Shown here: one piece after another, positions 21,037 through 30,067 of the stretch
How the letters are laid out: every line of letters starts with the position of its first letter
Numbering within the stretch: position 1 is the stretch's first letter
Assembly (NCBI GenBank): GCA_023267215.1
Contig: JAHFNS010000002.1
Location: 192,892-256,891 of the forward strand
Origin: Candidatus Nomurabacteria bacterium
GTDB lineage: Bacteria > Patescibacteriota > Minisyncoccia > Phycocordibacterales > UBA9973
Direction of reading: 5' to 3'
Length of the DNA: 64,000 nt
Program-made: the position numbers and the translations under genes
The notes under the pieces: generated by a model
The model's database searches: none
Told to the model about the DNA's origin: nothing
The model's input: only the letters and a program-made list of their open reading frames with translations

Positions 21037-21294
21037 TTAAACTATTTTTTTAGGAGCTTTTTTACCTAAAGATTCTTCTAGTTTTGAATTAATTAAATCT
21101 TTTTTAATTAAAATTTCATTTTTGTAGATTGGTTTTATATTTAAATAAATAGTGTTGTTTTTTATTTTTATGTCTTCAGATTTAATTTCCAAACCTATAA
21201 TTTCTTTTAAAATATTTAAAGTAGCATTCTTTTTTATTTCTTCAGAAAGAAGTAAATTACTAAACTTCAATAATAAATCTTTTATTTCTATCAT
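21037..21294 (-). CDS. DciA/DUF721-like small protein
   Basis: Lies downstream of dnaN; IKNNTIYLNI..KNEI..KK.LI..L pattern. Confidence 0.55.
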   Translation of the reverse strand: MIEIKDLLLKFSNLLLSEEIKKNATLNILKEIIGLEIKSEDIKIKNNTIYLNIKPIYKNEILIKKDLINSKLEESLGKKAPKKIV

Positions 21295-21301
21295 AATTTT
21301 T

Positions 21302-21337
21302 CCCCTCTCCTTTATAAGGAGAGGGCTAGGGTGAGGT
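21302..21337. repeat. Family B hairpin, intergenic
   Basis: ccctctcctttataaggagaggg identical at 21303, 26350 and 44484, each followed by agggtgagg. Confidence 0.9.
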
Positions 21338-22435
21338 CTATCTATTCATTGGCATAATAAGATAAGTAAAAGAATTATCAGAAGCACCTGAAATGACCAT
21401 GGGTTTTGAAGGTTGATTTAATTTAATAGAAATACTATCTGAATTCATAGACTGGAAGCAATCTAAAAAATATTTATAATTAAATCCTAAATTTATTTCT
21501 TCCCCTTTTATAGCAGCATCTAAATATGTTTTATTTTCTCCAACATCGTTATTTTCAGAGGAAAGCTCAAAAACCTTTTCTTTGGGTGAAATTTTTAGAT
21601 TTATTTGATTAAATTTATCTGAAAAAATGTTTGAAATTTTAAGAGCATTTAAAAGATCTTGTTTTAAAACAACAGCTTCTGTTTTAAATTCTTTAGGTAT
21701 GATTTGTTTATAATCTGGGAAAATTCCATCGATCACCCTAGATGTAAGATAAACCCCATCAGAAGAAAAAGAAATTTGGTTTTTGTTAAAACAAACCTTA
21801 ACCACATCTTGTATTTCTCCAAAGATTCTCAATATTTCCGGTATATTTTTAAAAGGAATAAGTATTCCCCCAATCTCTTCTATCCCCTTAATTTTTACTT
21901 TTTTTTCTGCCAATCTAAAAGAATCCGTTGAAACAAAAATCAAATTATCTTCGTTGGAATATATATAAACACTAGAGATCTCTGGTTTTATATCAGAAAC
22001 AGAAGAACTATAATAAACACTTTTTATCCCTTCTATTAATTTCTTAGATTCCATCTCAAAAGTATTTCCTAAAACTTTTGGTATTGTTGGAAAATCATCA
22101 TACATCTGACCTTTTAATTTTATTCTATTTTTTTTAGTTTTAATTAGTAAATTTCCATCTTCACCATCAAGATAAATATTCTCATTTTGAAAAATATTAG
22201 AAAATATACCAACTAATATTGTGCCTGAAATGGCTACAACACCCTCTTTTTCAATTTTGGCTGGAATTTCTATCTCCACACCTAAACTCAAATTAGTAGA
22301 ACGAAGTTTTAATGTTTTTCCAGAAGCAATAAGTAATATAGAATTCAGAATAGGCAGGGTTAAATTTTTACCTGTTATTTTTTCTACTTGAATAATTGCA
22401 CTTTTTATTTTTTCCACATTGCATTCTAGTTTCAT
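21338..22435 (-). CDS. dnaN: DNA polymerase III beta clamp
   Basis: STDSFRL, FPDY, YLIMPM; follows dnaA. Confidence 0.97.
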   Translation of the reverse strand: MKLECNVEKIKSAIIQVEKITGKNLTLPILNSILLIASGKTLKLRSTNLSLGVEIEIPAKIEKEGVVAISGTILVGIFSNIFQNENIYLDGEDGNLLIKTKKNRIKLKGQMYDDFPTIPKVLGNTFEMESKKLIEGIKSVYYSSSVSDIKPEISSVYIYSNEDNLIFVSTDSFRLAEKKVKIKGIEEIGGILIPFKNIPEILRIFGEIQDVVKVCFNKNQISFSSDGVYLTSRVIDGIFPDYKQIIPKEFKTEAVVLKQDLLNALKISNIFSDKFNQINLKISPKEKVFELSSENNDVGENKTYLDAAIKGEEINLGFNYKYFLDCFQSMNSDSISIKLNQPSKPMVISGASDNSFTYLIMPMNR

Positions 22436-22683
22436 ATGTTTATATATTATATATTTAATTTATTAATACTATTAAGACTGTGAATAAGTGGATAAATGAA
22501 TTTTATATATATAATATATGACTACTTTGTAATTTATTTTTATATTATATATATATTATCTTTTCCTAAAAATATATTTATTTTTTTTAAACACACTTTT
22601 GTTAATTTTTATACTATTTTATCAACAAGCCTTACTTTGATTAATACTACTTTATAACTATCTTATGATTTGTTTATCAACAG
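22436..22683. promoter_or_regulatory. Probable oriC (dnaA-dnaN gap)
   Basis: Very AT-rich; DnaA-box variants tgtgaataa 22479, agtggataa 22487, ttatcaaca 22619 and 22674. Confidence 0.7.
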
Positions 22684-24033
22684 CTATTTAAACAGGATTC
22701 TTATTTGTTCCAATTCTTGTAATAATTGTGGGTCGTTTTTAATATCTTCTTTTATTTTTAAATATGAATGTATGACTGTCGTGTGGTCTTTTCCTCCCAA
22801 TTTTTGTCCTATTAATGGATAAGAGACATTAAAATCTTCTCGAAGTAAATACATTACTACTTGTCTTGCTTTGACTATTTCTTTTCTTCGAGTTTTCTCA
22901 TAAATAGATGCTTCTTCTAGAGAATAATAATCGCTAACTGTTTTTACAACATCTTTTATTGCGACATTTTTTTTAGGTTTAATGTTATTTTTTAATAAAG
23001 CTTTAACTTCAGACACTGAAAGAACCTTATTTTTTAAGCGATATTGGCAGATTATAGTATTTAAACTACCTTCAAGTTCACGAATATTTCCTTGAATTGC
23101 CCCAGCGACGTATTCCATTATTTCTTGATCTAATTCTATTCCCGCTTCTCTTAGTTTCATTTTTAAGATTGCTAGACGAGATTCATATTCTGGCTCAGAA
23201 ACGTCTACAATCATTCCAGCTGCAAACCTAGATTTAAGTCGATCAGCTAATTCGGGAATATAATTTGGATGTTTGTCGGAAGAAAAGATGATTTGTTTGT
23301 TGTTTTCGTAGAAAGTGTTAAATGTGTGAAAAAGTTCTTCTTGAATTTTTTCCATTTTACCAATGAATTGGATATCATCTATAATCAAAAGATCATATTT
23401 ACGATATTTTTCCTTAAAAGAATTTGCTTTATTGTTTTGTAGAGAATTTATAAAATCAGTAGCAAATTTTTCTAAAGTTAAATAATGCACTTTTTTATTT
23501 GCATACTTGTCTTTTATAGAATTTCCGACAGCCTGGAGTAGGTGTGTTTTACCTAAGCCTGTTCCTCCGTAAACAAAAAATGGATTATATTTAGTACCAG
23601 GGTTTTCTATGATTGCCTGAGAAGCTGCATAAGCTAGCTCATTAAATGTTCCAACAATAAATGAATCAAAACGATAACGCGGATTTAAATTATCTTCTGG
23701 ATTGATATATAAGTCTCTTAAAGGTAATTCTTTATTTACATAAACTTCGTTAACCTTATTAACAGTCGGTTCTTGTTTTATAGCTTCTATTTTGGTAATA
23801 ACATACTCCACAGCTCTCATATTTTCATAGACATCAGCCATGGTTTTGGTTATTAATTTATGATATTTGTTTTTTAGCCAATCACGCACAAACTCGTTTG
23901 GCACTCCGACAAATATTATTCCCTCTTCTTCTTTTAGAATGCATGTATTTTTAAACCAAGTGCTAAAATTTGCCTTAGAAATACCTCCTTCTATTTCAAC
24001 TAAACAATTTTTCCACAGTTGCTTCGTATCCAT
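22684..24033 (-). CDS. dnaA: Replication initiator DnaA (start moved to MDTKQLW)
   Basis: YNPFFVYGGTGLGKTHL, IDDIQF, GNIRELEG, DHTTVIH. Confidence 0.98.
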   Translation of the reverse strand: MDTKQLWKNCLVEIEGGISKANFSTWFKNTCILKEEEGIIFVGVPNEFVRDWLKNKYHKLITKTMADVYENMRAVEYVITKIEAIKQEPTVNKVNEVYVNKELPLRDLYINPEDNLNPRYRFDSFIVGTFNELAYAASQAIIENPGTKYNPFFVYGGTGLGKTHLLQAVGNSIKDKYANKKVHYLTLEKFATDFINSLQNNKANSFKEKYRKYDLLIIDDIQFIGKMEKIQEELFHTFNTFYENNKQIIFSSDKHPNYIPELADRLKSRFAAGMIVDVSEPEYESRLAILKMKLREAGIELDQEIMEYVAGAIQGNIRELEGSLNTIICQYRLKNKVLSVSEVKALLKNNIKPKKNVAIKDVVKTVSDYYSLEEASIYEKTRRKEIVKARQVVMYLLREDFNVSYPLIGQKLGGKDHTTVIHSYLKIKEDIKNDPQLLQELEQIRILFK

Positions 24034-24088
24034 GGGTAGGATTATACTACACAATTTTTTTATGCAATTTTTAAAAACTTATTAACTA

Positions 24089-24108
24089 TGTTGATAAACT
24101 GTTGATAA
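24089..24108. promoter_or_regulatory. Tandem DnaA-box variants upstream of dnaA
   Basis: tgttgataa at 24089 and 24100. Confidence 0.65.
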
Positions 24109-24189
24109 TTAAAAACGTTTAAATTTTCCTTTGTTGGGTGTATGGGTTTTGGGGTTGTATTATTTTCTATGTTGTTATAGAATGGTGGT

Positions 24190-24324
24190 ATGTCACAAAC
24201 ATATCAACCTAAAAAAAGAAAAAGAGCTAAAGCTCATGGATTTTTAGTCAGATCAAAGAGTAAAACAGGGCAAAAAGTGCTTTTAAGGAGAAGAAGAAAA
24301 GGACGAGCCAAGCTTTCAGTTTAA
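24190..24324 (+). CDS. rpmH: 50S ribosomal protein L34 (missing from the ORF track)
   Basis: [44 protein letters not shown]; canonical position. Confidence 0.97.
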   Translation: MSQTYQPKKRKRAKAHGFLVRSKSKTGQKVLLRRRRKGRAKLSV

Positions 24325-24329
24325 TAAAG

Positions 24330-24656
24330 ATGCTTCCTAAAAAAAATAGAGTTGATAAGAAAGGAATAGACCTTGTCTTTAAAGAAGGAAGGTTTATTAA
24401 TTCCCCTCTTTTTACATTTAAATTTATTTTAAATAATAAATTTCTCGAATCTCGTATTTCTTTTATCGTCCCTAAAAGTATAGCTAAACTGGCAGTCGAG
24501 AGAAATTCATTAAGAAGAAAAGGATATTTAGCGTTAGAAAAACATATAAAAGAATTTTCGTCTCATATTTTAGCCACTTTTATTTTTAAAAAGAAAGAAG
24601 AAGATATTTCAAAAATTGAAAATGAAATTAAAAATATTCTCAACAAAATTAATTAG
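24330..24656 (+). CDS. rnpA: RNase P protein component
   Basis: MLPKKNR, AVERNSLRR; synteny. Confidence 0.93.
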   Translation: MLPKKNRVDKKGIDLVFKEGRFINSPLFTFKFILNNKFLESRISFIVPKSIAKLAVERNSLRRKGYLALEKHIKEFSSHILATFIFKKKEEDISKIENEIKNILNKIN

Positions 24657-24870
24657 CTTTTATCAAAAAATTATAGCCCCTCTTTTAAAAAAATTTTTAG
24701 AGAGTTTTGGGTTATTAAGAAACAATTCTTGCACTTTTTATCCTACTTGTTCAGAATATACCAGAGAAGCTATAAAAAAATATGGTATTTTAAAAGGTTC
24801 TTTTCTTGGTTTTTGGCGAATCCTTCGTTGTCATCCTTGGCAAAAGAATCACATTGACCCACTAAAGTAA
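24622..24870 (+). CDS. yidD: Membrane protein insertion efficiency factor
   Basis: CTFYPTCSEY..RILRCHPW. Confidence 0.95.
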   Translation: MKLKIFSTKLISFYQKIIAPLLKKFLESFGLLRNNSCTFYPTCSEYTREAIKKYGILKGSFLGFWRILRCHPWQKNHIDPLK

Positions 24871-24970
24871 AAAACTAGAGTAGTGCTTTTTCACGGCTCG
24901 CACTCGAACCTGACAATGGTTTACAAAACTAATATTGCGTATGCCGAAAAAAGCACTACTCTAGTTTTTT
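24869..24970 (+). repeat. Family D element, intergenic
   Basis: Perfect 23-bp arms around a 56-nt core cacggctcgcactcgaacctg..attgcgtatgccga. Confidence 0.92.
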
Positions 24971-24996
24971 TATCTGTTTTCGTATAGAATGAAAGA

Positions 24997-25755
24997 ATGC
25001 TGTCAAACATTTGGAATACTATCTTATATGCTCCACTTTTAAACGCTTTGGCGTTTTTAGTTTCTATTGTACCCAATGGGGATATTGGTATTGCCGTCAT
25101 TTTACTCACTATTTTTGTAAAAGTGATACTATTTCCTCTTTCTCAGCGTTCAATCGAAAGCCAAATAAAGATGAATTTACTTGCCCCGGAACTTAAAAAG
25201 ATAAAAGATAGTGGTACCTCAAAAGAAGAACAAGCCAAACAAACATTCGAACTTTATAAACACCACAAGACTAATCCTTTTTCTGGTTGTTTGTTGATTT
25301 TAATTCAAATCCCAATTATTTTTGCTCTATATTATGTTTTCTTAAAAGGAATAAATTTAGACGGAGGGATGCTTTATTCTTTTATTCATGTTCCAGAACA
25401 TATAAATATGAATTTTTTAGGAATTTTAGACATCAGCCAGAAAAATTTATTGATTTTAGCAGTACTTGCTGGATTGTCTCAATATTTCCAAGCGCTTCTT
25501 ATGCCTAAACCTATTGTTTCTGAAAACAAAGATGGTTCTTTTCAAGAAAATTTTACCAAGAGCATGCATACTCAAACAAAATACGTTTTTCCTTTTTTAA
25601 TTGGCTTTATTGCTTATAACGTTTCTGGAGCCGTTGCCTTGTATTGGATTACGAGTAATATATTTGCTATAGGTCAGCAAATTTATGCTAATAAAAAGAA
25701 AAAATTAGCCCTAGAAAACGCCAAGGATGTTTCTTGGAAAAATTCTCTTAAGTAA
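24997..25755 (+). CDS. yidC: YidC/Oxa1 insertase
   Basis: NPFSGCL..LIQIPI, ALYWITSN. Confidence 0.95.
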   Translation: MLSNIWNTILYAPLLNALAFLVSIVPNGDIGIAVILLTIFVKVILFPLSQRSIESQIKMNLLAPELKKIKDSGTSKEEQAKQTFELYKHHKTNPFSGCLLILIQIPIIFALYYVFLKGINLDGGMLYSFIHVPEHINMNFLGILDISQKNLLILAVLAGLSQYFQALLMPKPIVSENKDGSFQENFTKSMHTQTKYVFPFLIGFIAYNVSGAVALYWITSNIFAIGQQIYANKKKKLALENAKDVSWKNSLK

Positions 25756-25769
25756 CATCTTTTAAATTT

Positions 25770-26300
25770 ATGAATAAAACAGAGATACAAAATTTAATAA
25801 AAGAACTTATAGATAAAACTACCATATCAGTAAATAAAATCTCTATTGATGAAGATAGGCCAACAACCTTAAGTGGAGATGAAAATAATACCATTTGGTT
25901 TGGAGTTGAAGTGAGTCAGCCACATTTCTTTTGGGATCGTGGTGGTGAAGCGCTTTTTGCCTTAAATCACATTGCTCGTAAAATAATTGAAAACAAAACT
26001 TCCCCTAAGCTGGGCTTAGGAGAGGGTTCTATTAAGCCTAGCTTGGGGGCACAAGGGTTAGGAATTTTAATAGACATAAATGGCTTTCAAAAAAAACGCA
26101 TTGAAAACATTCACGCGATAGCCCATATGATGGCTGAACGGGCTAGGTATTTTAAGTCAAATATAGAAATAGATCCAATGCCCGCTTTTGAACGTAGAGT
26201 AGTGCATGAATTTTTATCTAATGCTACTGATCTAAAAACTGAATCAGAGGGTGAAGGATACGCTCGTCGAGTAGTTATCAAATACACAGGGACAATTTAG
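25770..26300 (+). CDS. jag: Jag/KhpB (KH + R3H) RNA-binding protein
   Basis: PMPAFERRVVH..TESEGEG..RRVVI; synteny. Confidence 0.88.
   Translation: MNKTEIQNLIKELIDKTTISVNKISIDEDRPTTLSGDENNTIWFGVEVSQPHFFWDRGGEALFALNHIARKIIENKTSPKLGLGEGSIKPSLGAQGLGILIDINGFQKKRIENIHAIAHMMAERARYFKSNIEIDPMPAFERRVVHEFLSNATDLKTESEGEGYARRVVIKYTGTI
26002..26049. repeat. Family A hairpin, in frame in jag
   Basis: cccctaagctgggctta / taagcctagcttggggg; peptide SPKLGLGEGSIKPSLG. Confidence 0.88.
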
Positions 26301-26303
26301 AAT

Positions 26304-26382
26304 TCACCTCATCCCCCGCCTTCTCTTTGTAAAGTAGAAGGAGCAAAAACCCTCTCCTTTATAAGGAGAGGGTAGGGTGAGG
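26304..26382. repeat. Family B composite hairpin between convergent genes
   Basis: Identical 23-mer at 26350-26372 plus a degenerate inverted copy at 26304-26342. Confidence 0.85.
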
Positions 26383-26386
26383 TTCT

Positions 26387-27697
26387 TTATTTTAATTTTA
26401 ACCCCCAAAGGTAAGAATCTTTTTTGTTTATAAAAAATAGAAAGTTTTGCCCTTCATCTAGATTGAGTCTCGTTCCATCTACTTCTTCTCCGCTTATTTG
26501 AGTTGGGTCTCCTATCAATGTCGTATTACCACTTGTGATATCAATTTTCCATATTTGATCAGAAAAAGAAACTTCCCCTTGGTACCAAGAGTCCGGATAT
26601 ATTTCATTATCTATATATTTAGGGACAGCGCAATATAGGACATCACTTAATGCACCCCAGACACATTTTTCCGACAGAGTTTTAACTCCAAGTGCAATTG
26701 GTTCTCTTGTTTCAGTGTCAAAAATATTTAAAGATAAATTATTATCACTATATAGAACTAATTTACCGTCTGGGCTTGTAAGTGTTGTTAATCCATTTAT
26801 TTCACCTAAAACTTTATTGAGATCTTTTTTATTTGGATTGATAGCATACATAAATCCTCTGACATTTCCAGAAGGTTTGGTAGTGACTGTAATTAAATTC
26901 TTATTAGTCCAAGAAGATAGCCATTCAGTAAATGGAGAATCAAAAATTTGAATTTTTGTACTGCTTTGTAAATCAAAAGTTACTCCAACCCCATTGTCCC
27001 CTATATTAAATAAATAAAATATTTTTGAAGAATCAGAAGAGACACTCATGTCAGAAATATTTTCTGGCAAAAAAGAGCCTTTTACTTCATTGTTTCCTAT
27101 AGAATCTGCCCCCAAGTATTCTTTTTGTAGCATACCTACATAAGTTTCTATTGTTTTATTATCATCTTTCAAGTAACGCATGATAACAGAATCACCCTTA
27201 TTTCCAAAATATGCTTCATGTACTTTTGGCACTACGGTATTTGAAAATTTTCTCTCGTCTATTTTATCAGCAAAGGTTTGATAGATATTTCCATTTGATT
27301 TGTTTACATACCTCAAAGCAGGAGCGAATTCTGTGGGAGGGATAGCAGAGGAGGCCTTACTTTCTCCTGCTGGAGAAGGCAAGGCCTCTTCTGCTTTAAA
27401 TCTCTCTTTCATAAATACTCCATATCCTGCCACAGGGAAACTAGAAATCTTTTTAAATTTACCATATGAAGCACTATTATCTCCTGCCCCTACATATCCA
27501 GAGACATCTGAAGGAGGTGTCGGATTTGGTGTTGTGGTTTTACTTTTTCCGAATGGTAAGAAGTTTGCAAAAAAGTTTGTGCCAGTTACTGTGCCCCCAT
27601 TTTGATCTTTAGGTTGGAAAAAATAGAGAAAACCAAAAACACCAACTATGATGACTACAAGGATTATTATAAATAAAATGATGTTTCTTTTTGACAT
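26387..27697 (-). CDS. Membrane-anchored, probably beta-propeller protein
   Basis: N-terminal TM; SPDGK-type repeats, YPDSWYQG. Confidence 0.7.
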   Translation of the reverse strand: MSKRNIILFIIILVVIIVGVFGFLYFFQPKDQNGGTVTGTNFFANFLPFGKSKTTTPNPTPPSDVSGYVGAGDNSASYGKFKKISSFPVAGYGVFMKERFKAEEALPSPAGESKASSAIPPTEFAPALRYVNKSNGNIYQTFADKIDERKFSNTVVPKVHEAYFGNKGDSVIMRYLKDDNKTIETYVGMLQKEYLGADSIGNNEVKGSFLPENISDMSVSSDSSKIFYLFNIGDNGVGVTFDLQSSTKIQIFDSPFTEWLSSWTNKNLITVTTKPSGNVRGFMYAINPNKKDLNKVLGEINGLTTLTSPDGKLVLYSDNNLSLNIFDTETREPIALGVKTLSEKCVWGALSDVLYCAVPKYIDNEIYPDSWYQGEVSFSDQIWKIDITSGNTTLIGDPTQISGEEVDGTRLNLDEGQNFLFFINKKDSYLWGLKLK

Positions 27698-27704
27698 AAA
27701 ATTT

Positions 27705-29036
27705 TTAAGGATATCTATAATATTTTATTCTAGATTTAAGTTTATCTGTTAATGGTCTTATTTGTGTAGGACTATTTGTATTTTGAGTGTCTAATACTTG
27801 TCCATCTTTTACATAAATCATTGTGTGCCCATCTGGTTCGCCATTTTCATTCGCTTTCCATCCCAACAAATCACCTGTATTTATTTTTGAATAATCAAAA
27901 GTTTTTCCATCTATTTTTGTAGTATTACCAGTTGAAAATATTTCAGCACTATTATTCCCCGGGCTTCCCAACCCAGCACATACATATACTTGAGAGACAA
28001 ATGAAGAACAATCAACATAAATAGTTTTACTATCTGTAGTGTTTCTTTTTTCTTTACTATATTCTGTTTGTGGTATGAATAGTTTTCCAATTGGCAAGAT
28101 AGCTTCTTTTCCACCTGTTGCATCGCAAGTGATGCCAAAATCATTTTTTAATATTGTTTTATCTATTGGTTTAAAAGGCAAAGATGATTCACCCCCGAGA
28201 CTTGTGATGGTTATATTAGCCGTTGGCATTTTTAAACATACATTGAGTAATGCCGGATTTAGAGTATTTAAAATGGCATAGGTGCCTAAGGTTATTACAA
28301 GACCCAATATAGCATGTGTAATTCTTTCCTTTCCCGCTTCTTTTGAGGAAATGAGCTCACTGGTCATATATTCCAATCCACCTATTACTATCATCACCAT
28401 AGCGAGGACTGCTGATATACCAATGATTAACTTAACCATTATGTTTAAATAATTTCCGAAAGGACAAGGATTGGTAGTCTCATTATATTGAGTATCGATT
28501 GATTCTAGCCCTGGTAAAGGAGCGAGTGGGGTGTATACAGTCTCTGTGGGGGTTATACAGGTTGTTTTATCAGCACTTGGTATTTCTGGTGATGTACACT
28601 TAAGTTGGGTTATTGGAGCTGGTGTTTGTGATGTAGGTGTTGGTGTGGAGGGAGTTGTTGGAGTAGCTGTATTAGTAGCACCCCATTTATTCACTGTGAC
28701 ATCTACCCATTTTTTTATTGAGTGATCTTTAAAATCCGTACAAGACATTGAGAAGTTTGTTGTTTCATAAAGAGAAGGAGTACTACTTCCCGAACTAGTA
28801 TAATTTCCAAAATCAGCATTTCCTGTATTTGATGTGGTTGTTATATTACAAAAAGTATAACCAGATATTGTCCATGTTATGTTTGTTTTATCACCAGATT
28901 TTATAGTTGAAGGTTCAGCTGTAATAGATGCAGAGAAAGTATTGTCTGCGAAGGTTTGCTGAAACGGAATAAAAAAGCTAAATAAAAATATTGTTAGATA
29001 TGAGAGGGCTATTATTTTTTTAAAAATATTTTTCAT
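27705..29036 (-). CDS. Pilin (TrbC/VirB2-like)-domain protein fused to an NlpC/P60-like domain
   Basis: AMVMIVIGGLEYMTS..GKERITHAILGL..ILNTLNP; DCSSFV..GDLL..GHT. Confidence 0.75.
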   Translation of the reverse strand: MKNIFKKIIALSYLTIFLFSFFIPFQQTFADNTFSASITAEPSTIKSGDKTNITWTISGYTFCNITTTSNTGNADFGNYTSSGSSTPSLYETTNFSMSCTDFKDHSIKKWVDVTVNKWGATNTATPTTPSTPTPTSQTPAPITQLKCTSPEIPSADKTTCITPTETVYTPLAPLPGLESIDTQYNETTNPCPFGNYLNIMVKLIIGISAVLAMVMIVIGGLEYMTSELISSKEAGKERITHAILGLVITLGTYAILNTLNPALLNVCLKMPTANITITSLGGESSLPFKPIDKTILKNDFGITCDATGGKEAILPIGKLFIPQTEYSKEKRNTTDSKTIYVDCSSFVSQVYVCAGLGSPGNNSAEIFSTGNTTKIDGKTFDYSKINTGDLLGWKANENGEPDGHTMIYVKDGQVLDTQNTNSPTQIRPLTDKLKSRIKYYRYP

Positions 29037-29037
29037 A

Positions 29038-30027
29038 TTAAAAATTTACTTGTATTTGTTTTGTTATACTTTGAAAAAGTGTATCAGTGTTTTCAACCAT
29101 AAGTTTAATTATAGAACTTCCAGATTGCCCCGCTTCTGGCTTGATAGCTAATATATTTTTAATATCTGGTGTTTGTATTTTGTTTCCATTCAAAAACCAA
29201 CTAAAAACAAGGCTACTTGAATTTATTTCTTGTGGTGAAAAGAAATATGGTTCGGCGACAAGAATTTTTCCATCTCTACTTATAGTGTATCCATCATTCA
29301 AACTATTTTCCCATTTTACCCCAAGTTTTGGATCATCCTCATAAAAAAGTATTTTTGGTTCTGACGTTTTTAAAATTATTCTTTTAGAAGTGTTGGTGCC
29401 TCCTCCAATGTCTGATACTGCTACCTCGACAGTGTTATCTTTATCTAAATAACTATTTTGAAAAATGAAATAATTTTTTCCCCAACCAGAAGAATCAAGT
29501 TGACTGTTGCCATCTTTTTTCCAAACATAAGATAGATTGTTTGTATTTACTTTATTGCCTTGATTGACTAGGTTTGGAATGGCCACTACTTTGAATTTTC
29601 CTTGACTAGGAGCCAGAGCTTTTCCTTTATAAAAAGGCGGGGTATAAGAATCATAAGCTTCCCACAGCAGATCCATATCCGCTATTGTTAGGGTCATTTT
29701 TTTTGAAATACTTTGTCCATCGACAGTATCTATTGTGGCAGATAAATCAGTAGTTGACCCCAAGCCTTCTGTTCTGAAAGAGAAAGATTTTTTACCGATT
29801 GCCTCAATCATTTTTTGACCATTAATAAACCAAGAAATATTAGCCTTATCGAGGTTGACCACATGACTACTTAATACTGCGTTTGTGTTTTGATTTGGTC
29901 CAGGGTATTCTGGTGAGATATTTAAAATAACGTCAGTATTACGTATTTGTGCATTAACAAAAAATCCAAAAAAAGTGGCTAGTACTATAAACAGAATTAT
30001 TAAACTTTTAAAATATTTCTTCTGCAT
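29038..30027 (-). CDS. Secreted Ig-like protein
   Basis: Signal peptide; SW.ING beta repeats; YTPPFYKGK. Confidence 0.7.
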   Translation of the reverse strand: MQKKYFKSLIILFIVLATFFGFFVNAQIRNTDVILNISPEYPGPNQNTNAVLSSHVVNLDKANISWFINGQKMIEAIGKKSFSFRTEGLGSTTDLSATIDTVDGQSISKKMTLTIADMDLLWEAYDSYTPPFYKGKALAPSQGKFKVVAIPNLVNQGNKVNTNNLSYVWKKDGNSQLDSSGWGKNYFIFQNSYLDKDNTVEVAVSDIGGGTNTSKRIILKTSEPKILFYEDDPKLGVKWENSLNDGYTISRDGKILVAEPYFFSPQEINSSSLVFSWFLNGNKIQTPDIKNILAIKPEAGQSGSSIIKLMVENTDTLFQSITKQIQVNF

Positions 30028-30067
30028 CTTATCTATTATATATCAGCTAGAACCTAGAAACTAGAAC

